From NCBI GenBank assembly GCA_964016885.1, contig OZ024740.1, positions 119,784,001 to 119,848,000 on the forward strand: a DNA stretch of 64,000 nt, given 5' to 3'. Below are positions 26,273-39,495 of this stretch, one piece after another (position 1 is the stretch's first letter; each line of letters opens with the position of its first letter). The notes below the pieces were generated by a model that saw only the letters and a list, made by a program, of their open reading frames with translations, had not been told where the DNA came from and searched no databases. Made by a program: the position numbers and the translations under genes. The stretch is from Eledone cirrhosa (lineage: Eukaryota).

Positions 26273-29080
26273 CTAATACACGGTAGGGTCTAGAGTACGG
26301 TTGTGTGAGGTGGTCTCACAGCATCTTTTCTTACGAACACATGGGTCCACGATGCAAAATCCCTCGGTACTGCAGATTTTACAGTTTGTTTCCTTGTACA
26401 CATCGGCGGCAGGTCCTGAAAATAAAAACGCAGACGGGATACGTAGGAAAGCGGATCTTGTGCAGCAAGATCGACAGGGGCTAGAGGAGCCCCATATAAT
26501 ATTTCGGCCGGGGAGAACCCAAGGTCCTCCTTCATTGGTGGCCGAATCCTCAAGAACACAATAAGGAGGTACTCGCTCTAACGCGTAGTCAGGAGAAATC
26601 CGTAGAGCGGCTTTTAGTTGTCGGTGGAAGCGCTCCACCATTCCATTAGATGCAGGATGATATGAAGTTGTTCGGATGCGTTTAGCGCCAATGATCTTCG
26701 TCAATTCTGAGAAGAGATTCGATTCAAACTGTCTTCCACGGTTCGTTGTAATCGTGGTTGGCACTCCAACGCGGGCAATCCATCCCGATACTAGGGCACG
26801 CGCTTTCGTTTCAGCAGTGATGTCTTTCAAGGGGATGGCTTCAGGCCATCGCGAAAAACGATCAATAACAGTCAATAGATAAGTATGACCACCACCGACT
26901 GGCCAAGTTCCCACGATGTCCACATGAATGTGCCGGAAACGGGCGTCCCGTGTACTGAAAGTACCGAGCGGAGCCTTAACGTGTTTATGGATTTTCGATT
27001 TCTGGCAAGCGATGCAGGAACGGCACCAAGCAGTAATATGGCGCCTTATATTTGGCCAGAAGAATCTGGCTGTTATGAGCTTTACTGTGGCAGAAGATCC
27101 TGTGTAAAGCAAGAAACACAGTACGACGACAATGGTTAGGCGGGACGAATGGTCTTGGTGAATCCACGGAAACGTCGCAGAGAATCTGTCCCTCTGCGGT
27201 GGACAATGGCAGGTATTTCAAATTACTCGTCGCAAATTCGGCTGATGTAATATCCAACAATTCCAGTGCAGGTTGGTCTGCTGCCAAATGATTTAAATCG
27301 ATGTCGTGGGATGATGCAATCGAACTGATCGACAATCGAGACGGGGCGTCAGCCGCTGTGTTCAATGAGCCTGGAATGTGTTGGATGTCGTTGGTGAATT
27401 GCAAGATAAAGTAGAGATGCCTTGTTTCTCTGGGCGAGTACTTGTCGGACTTTGCCCTTAAAGCGAAGGTCAAACATTTATGGTCAGTATCGATTGTAAA
27501 ACACCTCCCTTCGAGCATATGTGAAAAATGTTTCACGGACAGGTAGATGGCTAACAGCTCCCGGCCAAAGGTGCTGTAGCGAGTTTCTGCAGGCTTCAAC
27601 TTCCTGGAGAAAAATTCCAATGGTTGTTGGTGATCGTCACTACTCTGTTGTAAGACTGCACCCAGTGCAGTATCCGACGCATCAACACAAAGCGAAAGCT
27701 TGGCATTGGACACTGGGTGGGCCAGCAAAGATGCACTAGCCAATGCTGATTTGGTTTTTTGAAAATCCTCGAGCTGAGTCTGAGTCAAAGAGATTTCCTT
27801 CTTCTTTTTGCGGCAATTTTTTCAGAATCTCAGTAAGAGAGAAGTGTAGATTAGCACAATGCGTCTATAGAAATTTATCAGTCCTAGGAATTGTCGCAAC
27901 TGACGAAGTGAGGTCGGCGGAGGCAAATCCTCTATAGCCTGAACTCGTTGAGGGAGGAATCGAATACCCTCGGAGTCAATGACATCCTCCTAAAAAAATT
28001 CAGTGATTCCGCACTGAAAACACATTTTGTGAGATTTATTTGAACACTGTAATCCTTGAGTCGACAAAACAAAAGATTCAAATGACCTATGTGTTCTTCT
28101 CTGGAGGAACTATCAATAAGCAGATCATCAATATATGTGTAGACGAAGTCTAAATGATGAGTCACCTCATCCATGAACCGTTGAAAGGTGCTAGCAGCAT
28201 TCCTAAGTCCGAAAGGCATGGTAAGAAATTCGAATGATCCAAATGGAGTTGTAATGGCCGTTTTCGGAATATCTTCTTTCTTGAGAGGAATTTGATGATA
28301 GTCTTGCACCAAATCGAGCTTCGAGAAAATTTTACATCCCTGCAACGACGATGCAAAATCTTGCAGGTGTGGGATAGGGTATTTATCCGGGACAGTTATA
28401 GCATTTAACTTCCTTTAATCCCCAGTGGGTCTCCAGTCGCCAGAAGTCTTGGGTACCATGTGAAACGGAGAAGCCCAAGGGCTCGTAGAAGGGCGAATTA
28501 TGCCAAGCTGCAGCATGTGGTCGATCTCGGACCGTGCTGCCTTCAATTTGTCTGCAGGCAAGCGACGAGGACGTGAGAACACTGGGGCGCCAGTTGTAGA
28601 GATAAAATGCTCCGTTGGGTGAGTCGGTTCGACAACTCGAAAATTTCCCTGAGTAAGCTGTGGGAAAGAATTCAACAATGCATGATAGGGATTCCCAGCA
28701 TTAGCGATGAAAAAGGTCGGGCTAACCGTTTGAAAATTAGCTTTCTGGCCACGAAGAGAAAAATCAGTAATACCGTCTACTAGGCGTCGGCCACGGACGT
28801 CCACCGTCAATGCAAAATGGTGTAGAAAACCCGCTCCCAAGATCGGATATGGTAGGTCAGCAACTGTAAAAATCCATTTGAATTCTCGTTGAAGATTTCT
28901 GAATTGCAGAGGAAGCGAGATTTGTCCAAAGGTCCGTATCGGCGAATGATTGACAGTAGATTCATTGATGACTCAGGAGTTTCTTTAACACAGTTCCCGG
29001 CCAAATGCTGCAGGAGGCTCCCGTATCTACGAGGAAAGATCTTCCGGACAGGAGGTCCTCAATAAAGAAGTGGCGGTTTG
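26273..29080 (-). pseudogene. pol: Gypsy pol (PR-RT-RH-IN), frameshifted
   Basis: Fragments in ORFs 28415-28840, 27932-28345, 26985-27788, 26273-27112 and 26290-26559. Confidence 0.92.
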
Positions 29081-29110
29081 GGTGTGTAGCACAGAGATCA
29101 GCTGCCGCCT

Positions 29111-29870
29111 TCAGTGACTCTGGTCTACATTTGCCGAAGTTGAATAGTTACACGGTGGCCGGCAGTGTTTTGCTTTATCGGCAAAGGTGGCATGATACCA
29201 GCAATAAGACGAAGTGCTGACGGGCAATCTGGCGTTACGGCGTGAAGTCGCGAAGGAACGCGAACGACTTCTTGGCCTACTCTCCCTACATGATTTCGCA
29301 ACTTGACGCGTCAATCGCTTTCAACGTGGCATCCTCGTGTGTCGAGGCGGGTTGGTTCCGAAAAGTCGAAGAAGCAACAAGCGAGTCCGACGAGGTAGCT
29401 TTCCTAGAGAATTCCACAATTCGATCGGCAGACCCAGCGATCTGCTCCACCGAGCTCGAGTCCACTATGGTAGCCAATATAATCTCTACATTGTTTGGCA
29501 AGCGAGAATTTTTGATAAATGAACTATCCTCATCGGGCGATTCACTGAGGTCCCGAATGTTGCGTAAAAATTCGGACGGCGACCTGTCGCCTAAACACTC
29601 GTCCTCCAATAATGCACGAAACCTGCTTTCAGCAGAACGGCAGTTTCTCCTTAATATTTCCGTCCTCAATGAATCATACGAAGTACCGGTTGGCGGGTCC
29701 GTTATTAAATCTTTCACCGTGATGGCGAGCGACGAAGGTATACCACTAATCAAAATATTGAGTTTCTGCTCTGTTTTAATTCCATTTGCAGCAAAATATA
29801 CATCCAGTTGCGCAAATCAGAGCTTGGGATCACCGGAGAACGCAGATAAATTAGGACTACTCATCATTAG
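29111..29870 (-). pseudogene. gag: Gypsy gag, disrupted
   Basis: ORF 29286-29753 (VKDLITDPP...YDSLRTEIL...LGDRSPSEFLR) and CHCC motif in ORF 29111-29314. Confidence 0.85.
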
Positions 29871-30354
29871 CATGTATCAGTTCCACATAAAAAATACTAA
29901 ATGTTATCCAAGTAAAGAAATGCAACGCGTGTTAGATGTTTGGAACAACGGGAAAACAACACAAATTTCCCTCAACATCCATAAAGAAAGAAGAAATGCA
30001 AAATCCGGAATCGACAAGTCTCAATAATTCAAGGCAGAAAAATTAAATGTTTTCTTTTTTTTTTTTTTATTGGAGAAGGAGATGGCATCACATGATGCGT
30101 CTCAGCCAATCAGATGACTGCATTTCGAAGAAGAAAGACAATTGGCGGGAAAATTGGGGGATCAGTCAGCCATTGTGAATATTTTTTTTGTTAAACGAAC
30201 AATTTTCAATTTCGTTATTTTCGCATAGTTGCAAGAAATAAAATATCAGTTTCGTCAATTTTTTTTTCTATGTTTCTCTAGAAGTTTTTAGAAGTCTTTT
30301 AGAAGTTTTTCGAAGTTTTTTTCAAAGTTTTTTAGAAGGCTGTGTAATGCATAA

Positions 30355-30367
30355 TCGGGGTCAACCA
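30355..30367 (-). other. Primer binding site, tRNA-Trp-like
   Basis: TGGTTGACCCCGA 3 nt inside the 5' LTR; matches the Trp PBS TGGTGACCCCGA with one extra T. Confidence 0.75.
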
Positions 30368-30370
30368 CTT

Positions 30371-30569
30371 TGGACGACGTGTATTTGTGTATTTATAACT
30401 TGCAAAAATATTCAGAAGAATACGAATGGCTGGTGCGTGTTTGTACAATCAGTTCCAAGAAAAATGCGTGTTGTCGCTCTGCATTTTTTTTTCCGGAGTC
30501 TCTGTGTTATTTTTATGACGTCCGTTTGTGACATCAGAGCTATCACACCACAGGTGTCGCTTCGCTACA
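30371..30569 (-). repeat. 5' LTR
   Basis: TG...CA termini; direct repeat of 25578-25778. Confidence 0.93.
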
Positions 30570-32514
30570 AACGTTTCGCCCGACTGGGCTTCTCAATGGC
30601 ATACAAAATTAAAAAGCGTTCCTTACATGACCCCTAATGTGTTTCATAGATAAGTTCACATCACAGTCCATTCTTCGTAAAAAACATGTATTGATTTTGC
30701 AGTAGGTCAATAGTAAGCCATACCTATAACCGAATACGCGGTGGCTTTGAAAGGGTCAGAAATAATAGTATAGAGAATCGCACTAAGGAACACGGCCGCA
30801 TGTCAATTACACAAGCGATAGTATTGGAAGGTTACTACATAATAAGGACCACGCCCCCGGTGACAGTGACCACTGTAGCCTACTACAAGATCAACAAAGG
30901 CGATGGCCTACTACCAACGCCTTCCAACCAGCATCTTCCTATACATAAAAGTAGCAGAAGGAAGCCGAATGCACCCGAGCATAAGGCGAAAGGAACACGT
31001 AACAGGCTACAGCACAATAACATGCATAAGAACGTATAGCACAACCCTTAGCAAACATACAAGACACGGAATCGCCACCGCAATGTCCTATGGTTCCATT
31101 CTCCCTACTCTCGGAGTGTGACCTCCGACTTACCCCGGATATTCTTCGAAGCCTTAGAGAAGAACTTCCCACGAAACCATAAGTATAGGAAAATCCTTAA
31201 TAGGAACAATATAAAAACATCCTTCTCTACTACTCCTAACCTAGCAGACATCATAGGAACAACTAATCACGGTAAGATCACCAAAACACAGCGCCTTAGC
31301 ACCGATGCACCTACACCTGATAACAACTATATCGGCCTTAACGACTCCCTAGCTGCACTCAATAGTGCTGGCAACAGCCACTACAGACGCATCCAACATA
31401 ACCGCGACACGACTGGGGAATATGCAGGTGACCCGTACGGATAACTCAATGACAACAGAAGGTGTGGCGGCGTCGGGAATGATAATGGTACTACTCCGCG
31501 CACAGTGGGTTATAATGGTACCAATGACAGGTGTAGGGGCGTAGGTAACAACATAGATAGCAATAATAATAGCCTTACATTGGGAACTAGAAGAAACTGC
31601 GACTGAAATTGCAACTGCCGTGACAGGGGATGCTGCCCCGTTAGGGGAAACTGTCTGACTGAGGGTTATTTATAGATGCACCGTAACTAGCCATAATAGC
31701 ATTAAACATTATATAGGGGCTACCTCTGGCCTGTTCAAATATAGATTTCGAACACATTTCCACTCTTTCGCAAACAAGAAACTAAGACACTCCACTTCGA
31801 TCGCGAATTACATCACAGCATTAAAAGACTCAAACACCAGCTTCTCCACACCCTGGGAGATTGTCGGCAGGGCAGCACCGTACAATTTCAAGAGGAAATG
31901 CGAGCTTTGCCTCATGGAGCTTTACCATATCATAACGGCACCGCACGAACTCATCAACAGTAGAGCAGAAACAACGATAAGCTGTACGCACCGCTTAAAA
32001 ATCTCTTACTCCAGATGGAATAAGAATAAGGCATGAGAACCGTAAACCGGGTCACCCTGCACCAAACCTTAACACCCCGGCGGGCAGGCATGGTAAAAAA
32101 AACATCCGGAAACTAACCATGCATCCTAGACCCGGCATGAATCGACCCCGGAGGGCAGGCGTAGCAAACAAACATCTGGAAACTAACTTTGCATCCCTAA
32201 CCCTGCGTGAATCGACAATGGTAAAGCAGTAATAACGGATAAAAGTAGCCTGGGGAACATTGCTCTAACACCGGCTAGAGTTATATCCCTTGACCTACTG
32301 CAAAATCAATACATGTGTTTTACGAAGAATGGACTGTGATGTGAACTTATCTATAAAAGCCATTAGGGTTTTATAGATAAGGAACGCTCTTATAGATAAG
32401 GAACGCTTTTTAATTTTTTATGCGCTTGTGACGCCCAGCCGGGAGAAACGTACGTAGGCGCTATTTTAAATAAACATGTTTTAACGGTTTGTTCTCCTTT
32501 ATATATTTCTCCAC

Positions 32515-32549
<35 letters not shown>

Positions 32550-32550
<1 letters not shown>

Positions 32551-33315
32551 GAGGTGTGTCAGAAAAGAAACAGGATGTGGTCATAAAAACAATATTTCAA
32601 ATCAAAACTACAAGTTTGAGTCTAATGCACTTATCCATCCTTTTCTGCTATGCTTCATGCATTCCTGGAAATATTATCCTGGGATTCTTTGCAACTACGT
32701 TGTCACAGTCGTCTTGATGGCTTCCACATCCAGAAAATTGGTGGTACTCAAAGATTCATGACTTTCCCCAGCATGTCTGGTTTGGTTTTAAGATGCATGG
32801 GGATTTTTTGACACACCTGCATATGTCATTCCTCCTTGTGATTGTACAGCACCATCTTCGCATAGACCTTCTGCATGCCTAAATCTTTAGTGATAATCTT
32901 CCAAACACTGATGTGGTTCAAACTCAGTTGAGAAATCAGCTGATGATCGTCAAGTACACATGCCTCAAGAACTCATGTTAGCTTCAGTCCTTCTCGTTGA
33001 AGACTTTTCACTCATGGGGTTGTCTTTGAACCTTTTGTGCCACTTAAAAACCCATGAGTGTGATATCATCTCATGTTGGTATACTTGCTGCAGTATTTTG
33101 AGTGCTTCTGAAGTAGTTTTTCCCAGCCAGATCAGAAATTTCAAGTTGGTTCGTTGTTCTGTGCCCTTCACTCGATGGCTTAAAATTGAGGAACTGTTAA
33201 TAAAAACACCTGATAAAACATACAATAGGTGCAAAAGCTGAGATTGCAGTGATGTACTCCCCTGATATTAACACACAGGGCACATTAGGTCCTGTTAGTT
33301 TTCTAATACATTTCA
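32550..33315 (-). mobile_element. Mariner transposon, internally deleted
   Basis: TA-flanked imperfect TIRs (cgaggtgtgtcagaaaagaaacagga / tcctgttagttttctaatacatttca); ORF 32965-33234 EQRTNLKF...GKTTSEA...VFKWHKRFK (HTH). Confidence 0.85.
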
Positions 33316-33878
33316 TATGTATGTGTGTGGAAGGGAATGTACATTCCAATATATGCAGTCATGTCATGAACATGACAGACTCCCTAGTTTTGGTGATCTA
33401 CACAATAAACTTACCCAGTACATGATGTAAAGGGGTTGGGGATAAGAGTGGCAACCACCTGTAGAAAGCTTGCCAGACAAATGGTCAGGAGTACTCTTCA
33501 GTCGTATCACACAACCTCCTTAGTGATGGTGATTTACACAATAAATGCACCCAGTACAAGCTGCAAAGTGATTGGTGATAGGAAGAGCATCCAGCCATAG
33601 AAATCTTGTCAAACAAAGGGGTGGGAGGATCCTCAGTTGTGTCAAAGGCATGGCAACCTCTCCAGAGTGCTCAATGGAAGGTGAGGCTGTACATAAATTG
33701 AGACACATCCCTGGCCTGCCTGGGAGATCAGTGGCTCCACTTCAGTACTGACTTGATCTCTATGGACCCATCCAACCCATTCTAGCAGAGAAAACAGATG
33801 TTAAATCGACGACGATGATGAGGATGATGATGATACATAACATTTCTCTTAATTATTGCAAGTATTATTATCGTTATC

Positions 33879-34012
33879 ACGGCCCTTGCCATTCTGAGTT
33901 CGAATCCCACCGAGGTTAACTTTGCCTTTCATCCTTACGGGGTCGATAAAATAAAGTACCAGTAATACACTGGGATAATTGCTGGCCTTGTGCCAAAACT
34001 AGAAACAATTAT
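33879..34012 (+). mobile_element. OK-like SINE, 5'-truncated
   Basis: B box gagttcgaatccc, then gaggttaactttgcctttcatccttacggggtcgataaaataaagtaccag core; same family as 51625-52379. Confidence 0.85.
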
Positions 34013-34802
34013 TATCATTATCACCATCACATAAGGCAGAAATACAAAAAATCTGTCTCTACTTATATAACTTATGTTTTAATTTTCTAATGAAATTCTT
34101 GAAATCACAATATATTCAATGAAGATAATTTACAATAAATTATGAAATTCTTATTTTATATAAAACAATATACTTTAGATATAGAAAATATAAAAACTGA
34201 AGATGTCTTTCCTGTTCTATTTTTATTTCATTTCATCTTGAAGACACCAAAAATAGAAATGTCTTCCATATATTTACAGCAAAAAGAATAATACAAGAAA
34301 ACAAAACAATTATAAAATTTTAAGTAAACCACAAAATTGATATTACAACCATTAGTAGTAAGGAATTATTTGTCTGGTTTAGCATCTGAAAACAAAAGTA
34401 TATTTGGAAACAAAACAAAGACAAACTGATATATATATATGTGTGTGTAGATATAGATATGCATATATATATATATATTAAATATAGAAATGGCTTCTAC
34501 AGCACTAGAACTGTTTCATTCGAAGGAAATCATCTGGAAAGAGACTGTCAATGTGATATGGTGGTATTTATACATTTTCTGGTGGTAGGGGAAGGTGGTG
34601 GTTGGGATGGGTGGAGGTCATTGGCTGTCGGATTTAAAGAATGGGGATTCTTTGAAAAAACTATATTTAGAGAAAAATACAGAATGATACAAATATAGGC
34701 ACTCTTAATTTTCAAGGTTCATTTATTCTAAGCAAACAAAGGGTTTTCATAAAGTGGCTGTGTTAACAGTGAAGGCTGCAACATGGTAAGGGGTTTACAG
34801 TT

Positions 34803-34834
<32 letters not shown>

Positions 34835-34908
34835 GTGTCATCATCATCATCATCATTGTTTAACGTCCATCTTCTATGCTAGCATGGGTTGGACGGTTTT
34901 GAGAGACC

Positions 34909-36155
34909 ATAGCTGAATCTATGGTAGAACTAGAGAATAAATTCCAAACCTGGAAGCAGGGACTAGAGAGAAAGGGCCTCAAAGTCAACATGACAAAGAC
35001 TAAGGTCCTTATAAGTAGACGAGAAAACAGAACCCAGATCCCCTCAGGGAAATGGCCTTGCTCAGTATGTAGGAAAGGTGTAGGTAGGAACTCCATTCTT
35101 TACCCCAAATGCAAACAATGGGTACACAAGAGATGTAGCGGGATCTCAGGAAGCTTAATTAAGAATGTAGGATTCACATGCAGCAGCTGTGCTGAAACAG
35201 CAAGCAAACAGCCACAGGAAACAAGTACCACCAATCTCTGGGAGGGCCCTGTAGAAACAGTAGACAGCTTCTGCTACCTAGGTGACCGAATTAGCAACGG
35301 AGGTGGGTGCTCAGAAAGTACAATAACTAGGGTAAGAACGGGATGGAAGAAGTTTAGGGAACTACTACCACTGCTAGCTGCAAAAGGCTTCTCCCTCAGA
35401 ATGAAAGGCAGACTGTATGATGCGTGTATCCGAACAGCGATGTTGCATGGTAGTGAGACCTGGGCGCTGAAGGTGGAAGACTTACGTAGATTAGAGAGAA
35501 ACGAAGCCTGCATGCTCCGATGGATGTGTAACAGTAATATACGTGAACGACAAAGCATAAATGAATTGAGAGAGAGACTGAGCATAAGAGGAATCAAATG
35601 CTGCGTGCAGGAGAGGCGGTTACGCTGGTATGGACATGTGATGCGTATGAAGGATGACAGCTGCATAAAAAGGTGCAGAGCACTAGAAGTTGATGGAAAC
35701 CGCGGAGTGGGGAGACCCAAGATGACTTGGGATGAGGTGATAAAAGCCGACCTTACCCAACTACACCTCTCAAAGTCAATGACACACGACCGTGACTTCT
35801 GGCGTCACGCAGTAATACAGGGTACCCGACCTCCCATGGGTACATGCTGAAGCATATAAACAATATGCCCCCCCCCCCCCCCCCACCGCAAGGTGGTCGT
35901 GGAGGTGCCACGGCAAAAAAGCACCCAGCCCACACTGTAAAGTGGACGTGTAGGCGCCACGAAAAAGCACCCAGCACTCACTGTAAATGAGGTTGGTGTT
36001 AGGAAGGGCATCCAGCTGTAGAAATCAAGCCAGATCAGTTCCTGTATGAGCAAGGCATGGTCAGCCGACCAGACACTGCCCACAACAGGACAACCCGTCT
36101 AACCCATGCTAGCGTGGAAGAACGGACGTAAAACGGTGATGATGATGATGATGAT
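34909..36155 (+). mobile_element. 5'-truncated RTE LINE, relatively young
   Basis: Uninterrupted 309-aa ORF 34921-35850; 3' UTR repeats; (GAT)n tail; appears inserted into an older antisense tail (34838-34900 and 36156-36310). Confidence 0.92.
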
Positions 36156-37802
36156 GTATTGCTCATACAGAACTGTTTCTGGTAGGTTTTCTACAGCTCG
36201 ATGCCCTTCCTAACACTAACCACAGTTAGTGTGACTGGGAGCCTTTTTACCATGTCTCCTACATGACCTCTTTACAGTGTGGACTGGCTGCTCTTTGTCG
36301 TGTCATCTAGGAAAAAGTATATAATTCAAGGTGAAAAAGTTGTTATTTTCATTATGGCCACCATTTCATTGTTTGCAAACCAAAGCATAAATCAATCTAA
36401 ACAATCGATTATGGATTACCAACTGTCTATTTTGGTAGAATTATGGAAGACATAAAACTAATTATCAGAAGGGAATTTTCTTTGTATAATTTACAATAAA
36501 GTACAAAACATCTTTATAGCTGTCCTGTTTTAAGGAGGTAGTCAAAACTATACCTTATGATATGAAGAATGTTTTAACCGTGAGGGCAGAAACAAATCCA
36601 CTAGAAAGAGGTGTGAAGCATTTGTCACAGCATAAGTAGATCAAACTAATGCGAACCATGTTGCTAAATACAGTTAAATCCCAATATTGTGAAAGTTACA
36701 GTGTGGCCATCTTGCCAGACTTGGCTCATAACAGGACTACCCAGTAACATGGCTCTACTATGTGTAAGGCTTGGTGTGGCAAACTGGCCTGACTTCCAAA
36801 TTATGGTTCTGATGTAAGCAGGGTATGGTGTGGCCAACTGGCCACATCCTCCACATAACAGTGCCACCCAGGGCCCCACTATGAGTTAGTGTTGGTGTGG
36901 CTAATTGGACAGACTTCCCTCATAGTGGGACGATTCAGCTCGCAAATTATGGTTCTGATGTGAGCAGGGTATGGCACGGCTAACTGGCCAGACCTTGTCA
37001 CACTGTAAATATGGTTGGTGTTAGGAAGAGTACCCAGCTGAGCAAGATACAGCTCTGCCAACTAGCCAGACCTGTCTCATGACGTGGGTGAGTCATCTAA
37101 CCCATGCAAGCATGAAAATATAGACACTATACAGTAAGGGCGATGATGATAATATATTTTTCACATTAAAATTTATCTGGATTATGTTCAAAATTATTTG
37201 GATATCATCAGTGAACTCAGAATGCAAAGAATCAAAAGAGATTCTACAAAACAGCATTGTCTGTTTCTCTAATAATTCTGCCAATCCACAGCTGGTACTT
37301 TATTTATCATCCCTGAAAACATGAATGGCAAAGCTGACTTCAGCATGATTTTAGTTCTGAGTTCAGAGAAGCAGAAGAAATACCACAAATCTAATGCTCT
37401 AATGACTCTTATAGAGAATAATACAGAAATTGCATAATATGTATTAATACATGTTAGAACTTTTCTGTGTCCTAAAAGGATTAGATGAACATTCTTTGTA
37501 GGAAAAGAATATAATCTATTGTGTCAATTATAGCAAATTGTTTGTAGTCCATTTAGCATAGTTACAGATGGATGCTCTTCTTAATGCTAAACGGCATAAA
37601 ATGGAAATCATAGTGATATATATTATTAACTACTTACAATGCATTGGCTGCAATATGGTTTGTATTTATTCATCCACACCTTTTTCTCTCTCTCATGCAC
37701 TCTGCCCTATTTTTTTCTATCTGTTTTTCCTAGCATATGAGATATGGTTATATTTTTCATTTTACAGCAGCAGTTATTTTTGTACACCTGACTATATTTC
37801 AT

Positions 37803-38862
37803 ACCAGATAGAAAAATGCGTACAGCAAAAAAAAGTAATATTGTTGGAATATAAACCTTTAAAAATACAGGACAAGAAACTAAAATAAAACTTTAAAAGA
37901 ATAGGACAAGAGACTAAGATAAAACTTTAAAAGAATAGGACAAGAAACTATGATAAAACTTTAAAGAATTGGACAAGAAATAAAAAATTTTACAATAATA
38001 TTAGTGGCAACATTTTTATTGGTAAAAAATCGAGTTCCACATTCATAGGTCGTCGTCAGACCGGGGGGATCATTTGATCCTGGTTTGAACACCAATTGGG
38101 CCATAACCATACCCCTATTTCATCAGCGACATGCCTCATGTGTCATGCATAATGTGAATGGACCCATGGGTCTATGAGCACAGATCTTGAGCAGCAGCGG
38201 ACGGTCTTGTCGTCCCGCTCATCCTTGATCTTGACCAACCCGTCCATCTTCTCCTTGCATCTTGTCCTTCAGTTCAAGTCCGGCAGTCCAGATGAATACG
38301 TGCCACAGCTTTCTGGTACAGGAAGGAGGAGCAGGAGGACTGGAGGGATGACGGGACAGAGGGAGGGAGGACCGGTGGTTGAGGGAGGTGCCGTAGTCGG
38401 TGGTCAGAGTCGACATCTTGTCCCGGTCGTCTTCTCCATCTTCGTCTGGTGTTGCGGGACCAGAAGTGCAATCTTGGAGGAGACCTGCAGCTGCATCGGC
38501 CAATTCTTCTTGCAATGGTCATTCTGACGGAGTAGAACTGCTCAGCCAACCAACCCCAACCAGAACCAACCGCTCAGGGGCAACGCACAATGAGAGCATG
38601 ACAATTATTATGCACTAATCAAGAAGATTAGCACAGGAAATGAATAAAAAGATTTTGCCACTAATATTATTGTAAAATTTTTTATTTCTTGTCCAATTCT
38701 TTAAAGTTTTATCTTAGTTTCTTGTCCTATTCTTTTAAAGTTTTATCTTAGTTTCTTGTTCTATTCTTTTAAAGTTTTATTTTAGTTTCTTGTCCTGTAT
38801 TTTTAAAGGTTTATATTCCAACAATATTACTTTTTTTTGCTGTACGCATTTTTCTATCTGGT
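37803..38862. repeat. 208-bp inverted repeats (37803-38010 and 38655-38862) enclosing a GC-rich 644-bp insert
   Basis: Arms are reverse complements with 3 mismatches by eye; each has ~3.5 copies of a 34-bp unit ggacaagaaactaagataaaactttaaaagaata. Confidence 0.93.
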
Positions 38863-39147
38863 CTACTATTTTTTAAGGCAATGCAAGCAACAATGCAAGC
38901 AACAACTATCTAATAATTAAATGATCATAGTGAATTACTGACAAGTGATTGACATTTTAAAGTTCTTTTGAGTATAATTGCAATCTAGTTGAGGCAACTG
39001 GCTTAATGACAAAGCTAGTAAATCATGAATGCATTTGAGATGATTAGTGCATAATAGTGAATTGGTGAAACTTGTGCATTTCAATGGTGTTACAACAATA
39101 GATGTAAGTTATATAGTAGTAATACTTTATCATTTTAACTTTTTAGA

Positions 39148-39495
39148 ATGGACAAAAACCCATGCAAAGCAATGACTTTGACTGCAGTGATTCTCTCCAA
39201 TTTACTTACAAAGCAAAACGGGGTCAAATACCTTATCATCTCTGATAAAATGCCCATTGAATCACTGAAAATCGGATGCATGGAATTCCTCATAAAATGC
39301 ACCTATGATTCGGAAGCCATCACATATATCAATGGATATAGGGAGTTGTTCACACTGGAAGACCATCACTTCATTTGTTATCTCCACGATTATCTCAGAC
39401 ATCCAATGCCATTGATGAGAGGTGATCCAATGTGTGAGCATGTAACTAATCTTATAGAAGTTGTTATCGACCACCTGGCTTTTAGTGACATTTGA
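39148..39495 (+). CDS. Orphan 115-aa protein of unknown function
   Basis: ATG-initiated non-repetitive ORF; preceded by a 43-nt GTAAGT...TTTTAG intron (39104-39146); AATAAA at 39581. Confidence 0.5.
   Translation: MDKNPCKAMTLTAVILSNLLTKQNGVKYLIISDKMPIESLKIGCMEFLIKCTYDSEAITYINGYRELFTLEDHHFICYLHDYLRHPMPLMRGDPMCEHVTNLIEVVIDHLAFSDI

Larger units (their letters stand above)
25578..30569 (-). mobile_element. Full-length Ty3/Gypsy LTR retrotransposon, CsRn1-like, decayed
   Basis: Two ~200-bp LTRs; gag with CWYH..F...A..C..PC; PR LVDTGAS; RT YIDD; RNase H DASD/ELLAI/TDHK; integrase HVDIVG...IDRFSRW...NGMVERFHR in PR-RT-RH-IN order; TSD-like tacgtt/aacgtt. Confidence 0.95.
25500..32515 (+). mobile_element. 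Penelope-like element (probably Naiad-type), 5'-truncated with inverted pLTR, interrupted by a Gypsy insertion
   Basis: Body ~30711-32035: FFEALEKNFPRNHKYRKILNRNNIKTSFS, CNCR..CCP..GNC, GIY-YIG (IYRCTV...YIGAT...FKYR...H), CELCLME; 3' pLTR 32290-32515 is inverted at 30570-30710 plus 25507-25577. Clade assignment is inference. Confidence 0.85.

Noticed and set aside
29242-30027. 261-aa plus-strand ORF and similar long ORFs (25619-26221, 35274-35720, 54606-55154)
   Set aside because: Antisense shadows of gag or RTE ORFs, or LTR/UTR read-through; no independent motifs
31600-31612. In-frame TGA among cysteines as selenocysteine
   Set aside because: The element has other stops and frameshifts; CGA-to-TGA decay is simpler
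34838-36155. RTE flanked by inverted tails, as if it had TIRs or arose by twin priming
   Set aside because: Better explained by insertion into an older antisense tail that resumes at 36156
37870-37990. 34-bp repeats, and the 40513-40862 arrays, as a CRISPR-like array
   Set aside because: Units are head-to-tail without unique spacers, there are no cas genes, and the context is eukaryotic
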